DNA of 64,000 nucleotides from Octopus sinensis (GCF_006345805.1 NC_043007.1:19592001-19656000); one strand, 5' to 3'. Shown: positions 36,670 through 50,542, counted from the first letter of the stretch. Made by a program: numbers and translations. The notes: a model not told the origin generated them from the sequence alone.

Positions 36670-36967
36670 CTAGTGTTGTTCTAGAGAATGTTTAAGAAAC
36701 CATAAGAAAATTATGTTTTAAAATTTGAGATCACATAGACAGTATTTTATGTAGGATATGGGCAGTTCCCATGAGCACAAACTTTTGAATTTATGCCATT
36801 TTGGGGTTTCCAGGTATCTGAGCTAAGTAGCAATCAGCCCCATTTGCTATCATTCCTAGGGCACCTATGACAACAGGTATTGTTTTAGTCTTCAGGTTCC
36901 ATATTTTGCTAACTTCTATTTCAAGATCTTTATACTTGCTCAGTTTTTGGTAGGTCTTGACAGATAC

Positions 36968-36989
36968 ATTTATAGCATTATTATTATTT

Positions 36990-37041
<52 letters not shown>

Positions 37042-37094
37042 TATTATTATTATTATTATTATTACTATTACTATTATTATTATTATTATTATTA

Positions 37095-37146
<52 letters not shown>

Positions 37147-37353
37147 TACTATTTTTATTACTATTATTATTATTATTATTACTATTATTATTAATATTAT
37201 TATTATTATTATCATCATTATTATTATTATTATTACTATTACTATTATTATTACTATTATTATTAATATTATTATTATTATTATCATCATTATTATTATT
37301 ATTATTACTATTATTATTACTATTATTATTATTATTATTACTATTATTATTAC

Positions 37354-37406
<53 letters not shown>

Positions 37407-37478
37407 TATTATTATTACTATTATTATTACTATTATTATTACTATTATTATAATTATTACTATTATTATTATTATTCA
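36968..37478. repeat. (ATT)n/(ACT)n trinucleotide tract
   Basis: About 510 bp, directly visible. It produces the poly-I and poly-L spurious ORFs. Confidence 0.95.
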
Positions 37479-37908
37479 TTTATTTATTTAGATAAACATG
37501 TCATTGTATACTGTTTAAGTTACAGACGCTGTTTCAAATGGTTGACTTCAAATAATCTTTTGATGTTTTCTTTCTTTCATTATATCATGCCACAATAGAT
37601 TCCATTGTATTATTTCTTCATTGAATGCTCATGCTACCATTACCATTGGTCGATTTTTCCGTGAATTTACCATGAATTTACTTTTCAATGCGTTTGAGCA
37701 TTTTTCATACACGATTTTATTTCACATATATATTTCCAGTATCGTATTGTTCTGGTTTCAGTTCGTTAGCTTTATATCCTGTTCAATTGTTACCTGGTCA
37801 CCAAACAAAAACTGTTTTCTTTCAGGTTTCTTCTGAGCTATGGTTGGCTACAAATGAAGCGTTTCAATATCCTGCTTGTCTCACCTGATATCCTGTTTAT
37901 CACAACTC

Positions 37909-37960
37909 TGATTGGCTGTGGTTTTATTTTCGCACTTCTTAGAGTTACGTGATTGGCTGT
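37909..37960 (-). promoter_or_regulatory. Twin CCAAT (NF-Y-type) boxes with an adjacent ACGT core; candidate promoter of the bZIP gene
   Basis: The identical 11-mer TGATTGGCTGT (minus strand ACAGCCAATCA) occurs at 37909-37919 and 37950-37960, 41 bp apart. The second copy overlaps TTACGTGA. The site lies in unique sequence upstream of the minus-strand gene. Confidence 0.4.
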
Positions 37961-39209
37961 TTGTGGTTCTGGGTAAATATTTTCCTCTACTGTTGTCGAA
38001 AAACTAGAAATATTCGCTGGTTGACATGGGAGATTTTTTTTTTTATTGTTTGTATGCATATTGATTTTTAATTTTTGCACAAGGCCGGCAGTTTCAAGGA
38101 TGGGGCAAGTTGATTACACCAATTCAAATGGTCAAATGGTACTTACTTTACAAACTCTGAAAGGATGAAAGCAAATTTGACCGTGCTATAATAATGCTTA
38201 TATACATATTAACATACATGCATACACACACACACATGCATACATACACATACACACACTCACTTACATCATCATCATCATCGTTTAACGTCCGTTTTCC
38301 GTGCTAGCACAGGTTCAACGGTTCAACAGGGGTCTGGGAAGTGAGCATTTAGCTCCTATTTCTAAATTTAGAAATAGGAGCTCCCATAAAGATCTCCCAG
38401 ACAGTAACACACTTTTTAATTTGCAGAAAACAAAAGATGAAGACAGGTGGAGGAACAACAAGCAGGTGTATTAGTTTAACGCTTGGGAAGATGGAAAGGT
38501 CTTTGATGTTTCGAGCCTATGTTCTTTGACAGAAAGGATTGAGAAGAATTAGAAATGGAGTGAGAATAAATATGTGTAGGGATTAACAGTTCAACATGAT
38601 GAAATGGCTGGAGGAGTTTGTGTATATGTACGTATGTATGTGAATGTATGTGTGAATGCATATATATATATATACACGTTATATATGTTAACCAAGAGCA
38701 TGTGTGTTTCAAAAGGTTATTCGAAAGCGCTCACATACACTAGAAAAAAACCTCTTCCAAAAAGGTTAGTAACATCCTGATAAAAGATTTTATAATCTTT
38801 TTTAAAAATTAATTTAAAAAAAAAATTATTTTTTTAAAAAGAATCCTCCCCCCCTTTGTATTTAAGTAATTTTCACAAAGACTTTGAGATATTATTTTAC
38901 TTGTTTCAGCTATTTGACTGCGGCTATGCTGGAGCACTGCCTTAAAGAGTGTTAGTCAAAGAATTCGATCCCAGACTTATTCTTTGTAAGCCTTGTATTT
39001 ATTCTATCAGTTTCTTTTGCTGAACCACTAAGTTACAGGGACATAAACACACCAGCCAGCATCAGTTGTCAAGCGATTGCTTGGGGCACAAATACAGACA
39101 CACACACACACACACATACACGATGGGCTTCTTCCAGTTTCCAAAAAGAAAAGCTCTACTTTGTATTTTATCCCCTCTGTGTTCAACCCTGTGAAGCTAA
39201 TAAAAAACA

Positions 39210-39210
<1 letters not shown>

Positions 39211-39299
<89 letters not shown>

Positions 39300-39463
39300 C
39301 CTACCTACCTACCTACCTATCTCTCTACCTATCTATCTATGTATGTATCAATCTCTCTGTCTGTCTGTGTATCTATCTGTCTGTCTGTCTATCTATCTAT
39401 CTATGTGTCTGTATTTCTGTCTATCTCTCTATCTATCTATTTCTCTATCTATCTATCTATCTT

Positions 39464-39510
<47 letters not shown>

Positions 39511-39570
39511 ATTTATCTATCTATCTATTTCTCTATCTCTCTATATATCTATCCATCTATCTATCTGTCT
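39211..39570. repeat. (TATC)n/(TC)n compound microsatellite
   Basis: Directly visible. Confidence 0.9.
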
Positions 39571-39678
39571 ACATGCCTATCTGTCTGCCTGTCTTTGATA
39601 CCATGACAAACCAATACACCAGCAATTCATGTGTGAAAGTGCAAATTCACATGACCTACTCCATCTGCTTCCACTACT

Positions 39679-39709
<31 letters not shown>

Positions 39710-40435
39710 GTACATGTGCGTGTGTGTGTATGTATATGTTTACCTTGCATATGCTGTAAATATCTGTACGTATATGTACCAAGCAATAATCCATATTAGG
39801 GAATGTTCAAAATTCTGAGGGATTTTCCATTCTCTCTGGCAAAGAATAAGTTCACAGAGTGGGAGAATCTCCACTCCTCGTTCCAATTCAGTGAAATGAA
39901 TTTCAATTACTCTTATGATTAGCCTTAATGACACACATCACTTGACCACCTACACAACTACACACCTTTTTTTAATAACACATTCACATACACAAGTAAA
40001 AAAAAACAACATATTTACATATCCATTCATCGTTATACATACATACACACATAAAAACATACATTGAATACACACCTACAAGCACACATGTATATTTATA
40101 TAGTCTTACATACACATGTACTTAAAACTTAGATCATCCATTCACAAACTTACAAACACATCATCTGAGACATACACACACACATATGCATCTGCTCTGA
40201 TACACACGCACTCCTATAATGTAAGTGCATTACTCAACAATGGATACTTAAAACAGAAGATCTCAGTGTGGTTTCAAGTACCATATCCCTGGTCAAGAAG
40301 GATTTTCCGACTTATGTAGCATTCATACTTGGCTCCATTGACTACGTTCGTTGTTGTTGTTGAGTAGCCTCACTCCGCTTAGCTTCATTACACAATATAT
40401 TTTTGGAAATTTTTCTTGAAGCTCGGGACTCATAT

Positions 40436-40598
40436 AGGCACAGGAGTGGCTGTGTGGTAAGTAGCCTGCTAACCAACCACATGGTTCCGGGTTCAGTCCC
40501 ACTGCGTGGCATCTTGGGCAAGTGTCTTCTGCTATAGCCCCGGGCCGACTAAAGCCTTGTGAGTGGATTTGGTAGACGGAAACTGAAAGAAGCCTGTC

Positions 40599-40639
<41 letters not shown>

Positions 40640-40684
40640 TATATATATATGTATGTATGTATATATATATAATTATAATGTATG

Positions 40685-40715
<31 letters not shown>

Positions 40716-40782
40716 ATATATATATATATTATGTATGTAATATATATATTATGTATGTATGTATATAATATATATATGTATG

Positions 40783-40841
<59 letters not shown>

Positions 40842-40892
40842 ATATATATATATATATATGTAAAATGTATAATATATATATATAGTATGTAT

Positions 40893-40939
<47 letters not shown>

Positions 40940-41330
40940 TGTAATGTATATATATAATATATATTATATATATATGTTGTATATATATATATTATGTATG
41001 TATGTATATATGTATATATATATGTATGTATGTTATATGTATGTATGTATATATATAATATATATCTAATAATGTATGTATATATATATTATATGTATGT
41101 ATGTATATATATATAATTATATGTATGTATGTATATATGTTATATATATATGTATGTATGTATATATATATATGTATGTATATATAATATGTATGTATGT
41201 ATATATATATATATGTATGTATGTATATATTTATGTATGTATGTATGTATATATTAATATATATAGTAGTTATGTATATATATTATGTATATATATATAT
41301 GTATGTATATATATATATATATATGTATGG

Positions 41331-41361
<31 letters not shown>

Positions 41362-41634
41362 TATATTATATTATGTATGTATATATATATATATGTATGT
41401 ATGTATATATATATATATATATGTATGTATATATATAGATATATTTATGTATATATATTATATATATGTATGTAATATATATATATAATATGTATGTTAT
41501 ATATAATATATATATGTATGATGATATATAATATATATGTGTATATATATATATGTATGTATATAATATATATATGTATGTATATATATATATGTATGTA
41601 TGTATGTATGTAATATATATGTATTTATGTATGT

Positions 41635-41665
<31 letters not shown>

Positions 41666-41777
41666 ATATATATATATGTATGTATGTATGTATATATATA
41701 TATTATGTATGTATGTATATATATATATATATATATATTGTATGTATGTATATATATATATATATTATGTATGTATG

Positions 41778-41810
<33 letters not shown>

Positions 41811-42401
41811 ATATATATATATATTATATGTATGTATGTATATATATATATATATATATGTTGTATGTATATATATATTATATATATATGTATGTATATA
41901 TATATGTATGTATATATATATGTATGTATATATATGTATATATATATATATTATAATATGTATATATATGTATGATATATATATATCTATGTATGTATGT
42001 ATATATATATATAGTATGTAGTATGTATATATGTATGTATGTAATATATATATATATAATATATGGTATGTTAATATATATATAGTATGTATTATATAAA
42101 GATATATATATGTATGTATGTATATGTATATATATATATGTATGTATTATATATATATATATGTATGTATATATATATGTAGTATGTTATTATATATATA
42201 TGTATGTATGTATATATATATATTGTATGTATGTATATATATATATATATATGTATGTATATATATATGTATATATGTATGTATATATATATATATATGT
42301 ATGTATGTATATATATATATATGTATGTATGTATATATATATATATGTATGTATGTATATTATATATATGTATGTATGTATATATATATATATTATGTAT
42401 G

Positions 42402-42450
<49 letters not shown>

Positions 42451-42472
42451 ATATATATATAATATATGTATG

Positions 42473-42505
<33 letters not shown>

Positions 42506-42613
42506 ATATATATATATATGTATGTATATATATATATATATGTATGTATATTATATATATATGTATATATATAATGTATGTATGTATATATATATATATA
42601 TGTATGTAGTATG

Positions 42614-42646
<33 letters not shown>

Positions 42647-42748
42647 ATATATATGTATGTATGTATGTATATATATTATGTGTATATCTGTATATATATA
42701 TATATATATGTATCTTTATATTTATGTATGTATATATATATAATAGTA

Positions 42749-42791
<43 letters not shown>

Positions 42792-42912
42792 ATATATATA
42801 TAATATATATGTATGTATGTATATATATATATATATGTATGTATGTATAATATATATATAATATATATGTATGTATATATATATGTATTATATATATATA
42901 TGTATATATATG

Positions 42913-42943
<31 letters not shown>

Positions 42944-43214
42944 GTATTATATATATATATAGTATATATACTATATATATATATTATATATATGTGTGTG
43001 TATGTGTTTGTGTCTGTGTTTGTCCCCCCTAGCGTCGCTTGACAACCGATGCTGGTGTGTTTACATCCCCGTCACTTAGCGGTTCGGCAAAAGAGACCGA
43101 TAGAATAAGTACTGGGCTTACAAAGAATAAGTCCTGGGGTAGATTTGCTCGACTAAAGGTGGTGCTCCAGCATGGCCGCAGTCAAATGACTGAAACGAGT
43201 AAAAGAGTAAAGAG
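40436..43214 (+). mobile_element. SINE family A copy with a ~2.4 kb expanded internal microsatellite
   Basis: The 5' half (40436-40600) and 3' half (~43000-43214) are collinear with other family A copies. They are separated by (TA)n/(TATG)n from 40601 to ~42995. Confidence 0.8.
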
Positions 43215-45971
43215 TATACAGCTGCTTACTCAGTTTCCTTGATGTAAAAGTGGATGAGATCACATTTACCCCGAAGGGGACACCAGGCCATTGAAGGGTT
43301 CAGAACCAGCAAATTTTGAGGGAAGGGGGACAAGAAGGACAACCCCAGGGCATAACTGATACTTTATTTTATCAACCTCCAAAGAGATGAAAGCAAAGGT
43401 GACCACAGCAGGATTTGAACCAAGGATATAAAGAACCAAAAAAAAAATGCTGATAATTAATTCGCCTGGCGTTCTAATGATTCTGCCAGCTTGCCCCCTC
43501 TAAGAAAAATTGCTTGGGGTTAACTCATTCTCATTGTAAAGCATATTTTATTACTCTAACCACTAGTGTAGCTAGAGTGTGTGCCACCTGGGACGGCCCT
43601 TCTGTTCGCCACCCCTGGACCCCACAAAAAAAACATTGCCCACAGCAGACCCAAAGTGATGCCCGTTTAAAAGTGCTGCTGGGGCAGACCACCCTACCGC
43701 CCCCACCCCAGCTAAGCTAGAGACTCTGATCCTTTCTCATGAACTACTGATCCTAATCCCTTTCCTTTATTCCTTCAATACTCCTCACCCCCAATAGGGA
43801 ATGCCCTGTCTTTATCTTCCACTACTACCTCTCACCAAAAATTCCACCACCCCCTCATCTATGCTTTACCCTCTCTCATCACTCTGCCTAAAGTCATTGC
43901 ACTTTCTCTTTTATTCTCCTGCAGTTATCGAAGCCCCTTTAGGGCTCTTTGGTCTTGCAAGTTGTAAAATGACCTCACAAGTGATGGTGTGTCCCTTCTA
44001 CCCGAAAGCACTCAGTCGTCCAGCCTGTAAAGTGGTTGGCTTTAGAAAGGACATCCAATGGTAAAAACCATACCAAAGCAAACTTCGCAGGATAAATGTG
44101 GTCCTCTGGTTTGTTGGGGTTTATGAAACCATCCAATTTATGTCAGCATGATGTAGGTCTAATACTAACCCTTTAGCATTCAGATTACTCTTTTAAATGT
44201 GATGTTTGTTTTTAGAAAGACATTGTAGAGTAAGTGTAAAAGGTCAGGTCTGGTTGGTTTGAACCTGAAACAAGGAGAATATTTAGATCCCTGATATGGC
44301 TGGTTGAAATGCTAAAGGTTTAAATGACGATAAGGAAGAATAAGGATGATTTTTCATAAGATTTAGGATTTAAAATACATGGTTATTCCATTAGAAGAAA
44401 GAAAACAAGAAGAAAATTTTTTTCTATTTGTTGTGAACTTATTATTTGTTGGAAGGGGCCTAATTGTTGTTTTGAGCGTATCAGACACCTACTTATAAAA
44501 GAAAATCTTTTAATGGAAATGTGGTCCCTACATTAAAGACACATGTGTTAATTGAAATGCAATTGTTCCATTTAACAGACATTTAGGAGCATGCTGTCAG
44601 TGTCTTTGTCAGTAATTCTCAACCATGGATTTCAGGGACCCATGTAACCCTCAAGCATCCTTCTGGTGACCCTCAATCATCTTCCCTCTAAAAGTATAAA
44701 TTTTTCTTTAATTGATTCAAGTTTTACTTTTATTGGTGCAGCCCCCTAAAACAATTCAGGTTTTGAGTCTGGCCCGGATATTAAAATGGTTGACAACCTA
44801 TAGTCTGTGAGGTCCCTGGTTTAAGCAAGATTAGTAGTATCACTGTTTTAACCCTTTAATTTTCAGTTTACTGTCAAATGTAATCCTTATTTAGTTACAT
44901 TGGTTTCCCCTAATCCCGGATTATCTCACAGCTTTGATATTTCAATAATGTGATTGTTTATTATTAGAAAGACATTGTAGGGTAGGTGAGAGAGACCAGA
45001 TCTGGCCAGTTTGAATATCAAGCAGGTAGAATATTTAGGTTGCTAAAGGGAAAATGTTGAGAGATTTCATTATGTTGAACAAATCAAATGATTTTGTGAG
45101 AATCTCTCTAGTTTGGAAGAATCCTTATAATAAAGATCATTGATGGGGTTTGTAAGGAAACATTATATATACACACTCACATTCGTGTGTATGTATATAT
45201 ACATATATGCAGATATATATTTAACCCTTTACTAAATTCTTTGTTATATTTAAAGTAATTGAAAGAAACACAGAGCATCTCAAATGGCTGAACCAGCTGT
45301 GGCTCTGAGTACAAATGTCTTGTTTTCATAAGTTTTGAATTATAAAAAGTCATATTTGGTAGTATATATATACACAGAAGGAGATATATTTAGGAGTTTA
45401 CAAAGAATTTGGGATGAACTGACCAGTCTTAGCAATTTTGGTTTTTGAACTCCTAATATTTTTCTGTGTATGTATATAGAAACTTCCAAACAAAGATGAT
45501 TTTTAATGAAATCCTAATTTTTTTATTGAACTTTTTGTTTAATATTTTCTCAAGAGTTTTCCTTGTAAACTGTATTTAACATTTTCGTATTACATCAAAG
45601 AATATATATATATGTATTTTAATATTTTGTGACAACCAGTACTTAACACAACAAAGCTTATACAAAGCTTCACATTTTACTTTTGACAATCTTAAAAAAG
45701 TGAAACCGGTCAAGTGAATAAACATCTTTAGAATTGCATTTTCAAACCACCTTTCATATATATATATATATATATATACACATACATACATACACACACA
45801 AGTATATGGCTATTATTGTATGTGTGGAATAGTTTTGTAAGATAGCCATTTGATATATATATACACATATATATATACATATAGATATATACATATATAC
45901 ATATATATACATATATCTATATATCTATATATGTATGTATATATATATATATATATATCTGTAAAATAATA

Positions 45972-46103
45972 TGTGACAATTATTCAATAGCCAAGATAAA
46001 ACTCTGAGTTTCGGATGCCAAGGTGGAAATCCACAACACCATTTCTTCGGTTATCTGGCATCCGAAACTCAGAGTTTTATCTAGCTATTGAATAATTGTC
46101 ACA
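45972..46103. mobile_element. 132-bp fold-back of two outward-facing Penelope-like ends
   Basis: tgtgacaattattcaatagc...ggatgcca (45972-46020) pairs with tggcatcc...gaataattgtcaca (46056-46103). The right arm matches 876-921. Confidence 0.75.
45995..46055 (-). ncRNA. Hammerhead-like motif of the same family as 838-898, with a core mutation
   Basis: Minus strand gataa-CCGAAGA-(31-nt stem II)-GAAA-ctcaga-GTT-ttatc. The spacing is identical to the 838-898 copy, but U4 is changed to C. Confidence 0.6.
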
Positions 46104-46150
46104 ATTAATTTTACAGATAAATTTCTTCTATTTACATAATATTGAGGTCT

Positions 46151-46250
46151 NNNNNNNNNNNNNNNNNNNNNNNNNNNNNNNNNNNNNNNNNNNNNNNNNN
46201 NNNNNNNNNNNNNNNNNNNNNNNNNNNNNNNNNNNNNNNNNNNNNNNNNN
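46151..46250. other. Scaffold gap (100 N)
   Basis: A run of exactly 100 Ns, typical of a placeholder gap. Contiguity across it is unverified. Confidence 0.99.
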
Positions 46251-47284
46251 TCGATTTGTTCGACTAAAGACGGTGCTCCAGCATGGCCGCAGTCAAATGA
46301 CTAAAAAACAAGTAAACGAATACAAGAATAATCGAATCGTTATGAAGGTCTACAGGAACGAAAGGGGAACGAAGGGGTTCCATAGCTTAAAAATGGTCGG
46401 GAACCCCTGGTTTTGTCGGTTGAAAGTTAAGGGCTTTCACTTTAGTTCTGCTTTCAGTTGCGTTATGTGAAAGATAGCGAAGATCTTCTGGAAGCGGTGG
46501 TGATGATGTTAATGGTGATAGTTACATCGACATATGGTAGGAGCCTGTGCGTGAGTGGGTGTGTGGGGGTGTGTATGAGCTGTGTGTGTGTGTTTGTGTG
46601 TTTGTGTGTGTGTTGGGGGTGGATATCGCAATACTTTCGCCCAACCAAACCACATCCACTTCTTTTCATATTCCAACACCTATTACTTCTCTTTTTCCTC
46701 TCTTGTTTTATTTATTGCCCTCCTCCTTCTCCTCTCCTCCTCCCCCACCTCCTCCCCCTCCTCCTCCTACCCCTCTCCCCTCCTCCCCCCCCTCCTCCTC
46801 CTCCTCCTCTCCTTCTTCTTCTTCTTCTTCTTCCTTCTCGTGTAAACTAGCTTTTGTCCTTGAACTCAAGTTCTTTAACGTACACCGAACCGCCCTCTCT
46901 CTCTCCCCTTCCTCTCTCTCTCTCCCTTCCTCTCTCTCTCCCTCCCTCTCTCTCTCTCACTCAAAACACACACACACACACACATACACACACACAGACT
47001 GATAAACAAGCACACAAATTCCGTCTCTTCCCCCCTCTCTCTCTCTCACATACACACACAAACACTATGTCTGTCTTCGTCTCTTCCTATCTCTGTCTAT
47101 CTACCTCTACTTCTCTCTCTCTATCTATCTATCTTTATCTTCAATCAGTTAGAGAAATGTTGAACTACACCTGTGTGTGTGTGTATGTGTGTGTGTGCGT
47201 GCGTGTGCGTGTGTATTGTTGTGTGTGTGTGTGTGTGTGTATCGGCGTGTGTTTCAGTCCTCGCCATACACTCTTCCTCTATTA

Positions 47285-47352
<68 letters not shown>

Positions 47353-47849
47353 TCTATAAACATCTATTTATATATATATCGCCATCCTGTCATCCTCCAC
47401 ACACAATCACTCAAAAAAGATTCTGATTCTCTTTCTTTGTCTCTTTTCTTCTCCCACACACACATTCACACATACTTCCATCTACACACACATACAACAC
47501 CAGAGTAAGCCAGCATCTCTCATCCCCCTACATTCCCCCTCCCTCTGTCTTTCTTCCTCCCTTCCCTTTCCTCCATCATCTGACCTTGTAAAGCAAACGT
47601 CCTTCACCTTGCCGAATACCGTCTGCTTATCTGTCGTCTGATTATCACTTCCTGGAATTTCATATTTATAATCTGATAAATCTACCTCTGAAAATTGCTG
47701 ACTTTTCTGCCTTTACTCTTACATTTCTCTCTTCTTCTTTCATTCCTCATATTATTCTTATTCTTTATTCTTTATTCTTCACTCATTCTGCTTTCATTCT
47801 CGTTTCACGTTCCTTCACTGCTTCTTACATTTTGTTTAATTTTTATCTA

Positions 47850-48247
47850 GGAACTTTTCGGTTTGAACGGCAGTTTTTAAAAAATAATTTCCACGTAACT
47901 AAACACTTTTAAACTTCGTATACTGGTCGAATGCGTTTATAAAACATCTTTTTCTCTTGGCTTTCTTGAGAAAATTCTATAGTTTGTAAGATATTTGTTG
48001 CTTTTTTTTCTTCAATTTCTGCAATTTCAACCAATCGATGGCGTCTATTGAGGTGAAAACATTCTGTGCCGTATGAATATGTCCCTCGTTTAAGAAACAG
48101 ATTGGGTTTATTTACATTTCTGAAGAAAAAAAGATACCCTTCCCCCTAACCCTAACCCTAAAACAGATTGATACTAGGGTCATAATTATGGGTGACAATT
48201 TCATATGACACCGCTAGAAAAAACTGCCGTTCAAACCGAAAAGATCC
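47850..48247. mobile_element. MITE with 29-bp TIRs
   Basis: ggaacttttcggtttgaacggcagttttt ... aaaaactgccgttcaaaccgaaaagatcc (1 mismatch). Contains internal ccctaaccctaacccta. Confidence 0.75.
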
Positions 48248-48660
48248 TTTATCTCCTCAAATTAATATTTCCCATTACCTTCTCTAATTCCTCCATTTTT
48301 TTTTCTAATTTTCAGTTATTTTACTGCTGTTTCTTTCATTCTCTATTTCTCGCCTGCATTTATTCATTTATTTAATTAATTATTTATCTTTTTTCGAATC
48401 ACCATCCTTTTTCGATTATTTTTTTCTCCCATCGTATTTGGTAGACGAAAACTGTGTGGAAGCCTGTCGTGTGTGTATTTGTCTCTCCCCACCACATGGC
48501 AACCGGTGTTGGTTTGATTTCAACCCTGTCATTGAGCAGTTCGGCAAACAGACCGATAAAATAGATACCAAACTTAAAAATAATTACTGTGCTCAATTTG
48601 TTTGACTACACCCATTAAAACGGTGCCATTACATGGCTGCAGTCCAATGACTGAAGCAAA

Positions 48661-49058
48661 TCTCTCTATATATAAAGCAGAAGTTGTCTGTGTATGGCAG
48701 GTTTGGTAGCCTTCATCTAACACTATCTCCTCCGAGGCCCTGCGGCACAAGGTGACCAAAATTGAGAGTATGATAAAAGAAGGCTTGCTCTTCATTCCGT
48801 AGAATAACACCAAAAATTCAAATCGGACCATGTTAACACCAAAAATTATTTACATCAAAAAGGTGCTTTTTTTCTATGAAAATCCATATTTTTTACGATT
48901 TTTTTACTGCTGTGTCGCCATTTTTCGGTGTATTTCAACCAGAAAAATGTTCACTTAAAGAGAATAACAAGCTACATAATGCAAAACTTTGTACTTTTCA
49001 AAAATTCCAATTCTAAAGGATCGAAACAAACCCGAGCAACGTCGGGCGATACTGCTAG
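48661..49058 (+). mobile_element. Non-autonomous Helitron
   Basis: Begins TC(tctctatatataaag) after A48660 and ends CTAG (49055-49058) before T. A subterminal hairpin cccga-gcaacg-tcggg sits at 49031-49046. There is no TSD. Confidence 0.8.
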
Positions 49059-50185
49059 TAATGGATAAAGAAAGGATCCATTTGTGCATATAGCTTTCTC
49101 TATCAATCTTCTTTGTTCTTTCTCCATCGTTAAGTTCATCCATCTTACTGCAGATTCTTCTTTCGTCATTCCCACTCCTCGACTTCTTTCAAGTTCTTAT
49201 TCTTATATTCTTGTAGTTTTATCTTTCGAGCTGTCATTTTTCGGTCTCATTCGCTTCTTTCTTTCGAGCAGTTTATTGCTCTCCTCGTCTTCATACCCAA
49301 CAGAATACATTCAACTTCCTACAAATTCTTATCTGTTTATCATTTCCTGAAATTTTTTCACTAACCTCTATCTACTGTCTGGGTATCTGTCTCTGCCTAC
49401 CGGTCTGTCTGTCTCACTCCATATATATATATATATATATATATGCATACATATGTACACGTGTGTGTGTGGAGGGTATTACTTTCAACGGTGGAACTTG
49501 AAGTAGATAAGGCTATAAATAATAGCTTATAGATAAGAAATATTTCAATAGAAAAAGCTGAAGGCTGTTCGTGGAACTCGAATCCATTTCTTCTGTAAAT
49601 ATCACAACTATTGTCCCAGAGAAACCTTACGAACGTCTCCATCCAGCTTTATTTGCTTCGAATTTCATCGTTAAAAATAAGTTTCTAAACAACATACGAT
49701 CCTTGCTAGTAAGAACAAAGCTTCTAAATTGGATGGCGAAATTCGAAGGATTGCTTTGGTACAATGGTAGAACGTCTGTTGTGTTTACAGATGTCCAGTT
49801 ACGTCATAAATCTATTCATCGCAACGAAGGATGGACTAAAATGTAGAACCTGAGGCACATTACATAATTTTGCACCTTCGTCTTTTCTTGTTTCAATCAT
49901 TAGACTGCGGCCTTGCTGGAGCAACACGTTGAGGAATTTTAGTCGAATGGATCAAACCCATCAGTTATCTTTTAAAGCTTGGTACTCATTCTGTCGGTTC
50001 CTTTTGCCGAACCGCTAAATTATGAGGACGTAAATACACCAACACAGGTTGTCAAGTGATGATGGAAGACAAAATACAAACGCAAAGACACACGCACACA
50101 CATACATGAACCACAACTAACGCGATCACAACTACTCCGAAATCTGTCACCACCATCACCACCACCACCACCACCACCACAACAA

Positions 50186-50227
<42 letters not shown>

Positions 50228-50496
50228 GGAACAAAATAACAAAACCAACAAGCAACAGAAAGAGAGGGGCGCCTATGTGAACCCTGAACCTGCTAGAAAT
50301 AGCAGCCACATCTCCAATAAATTGCTTGCTTACCGTCCCATTAAGTGGAATTACAAATTGGATAATAATGGCGTCCTAAAAGAAATAGGGAGAGGTGGCT
50401 ATGGCTGGAATGTCATTGATATCGCACGTCTACGGAATTAAAGCTGACATAGGGCTAAGTAGCACCACCACCACCACCACCACCACTACCACCACA

Positions 50497-50542
<46 letters not shown>

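Noticed and set aside
38490-38540. HHR-like remnant on the minus strand (CTGTCAA...gctc-GAAA-catc)
   Set aside because: The core deviates at two positions and the stems are broken. Too degraded to call.
40653-42861. Many long Y/I/M/C/V-rich ORFs; likewise poly-I, -L, -S and -V ORFs at 33.2-34.6, 36.9-37.6, 55.5-55.9, 57.0-57.9 and 62.9-63.4 kb
   Set aside because: These are translations of microsatellites and minisatellites that happen to lack stop codons.
49397-49846. Overlapping opposite-strand ORFs of 81-91 aa
   Set aside because: No homology recognised and no chain of compatible exons.
50327-50372. Possible 42-bp minus-strand micro-exon (ctatttcttttAG ... ggacg GTaagc; DAIIIQFVIPLNGT)
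   Set aside because: The splice signals are good, but there is no homology or partner exon I can identify.
50270-50440. Open + frame reading ...VLKEIGRGGYGWNV..., resembling a kinase glycine-rich loop
   Set aside because: No VAIK lysine follows, a stop comes 13 codons later, there is no suitable donor site, and the frame overlaps SINE-derived ctgctagaaatagcagcc and trinucleotide repeats. Likely chance.
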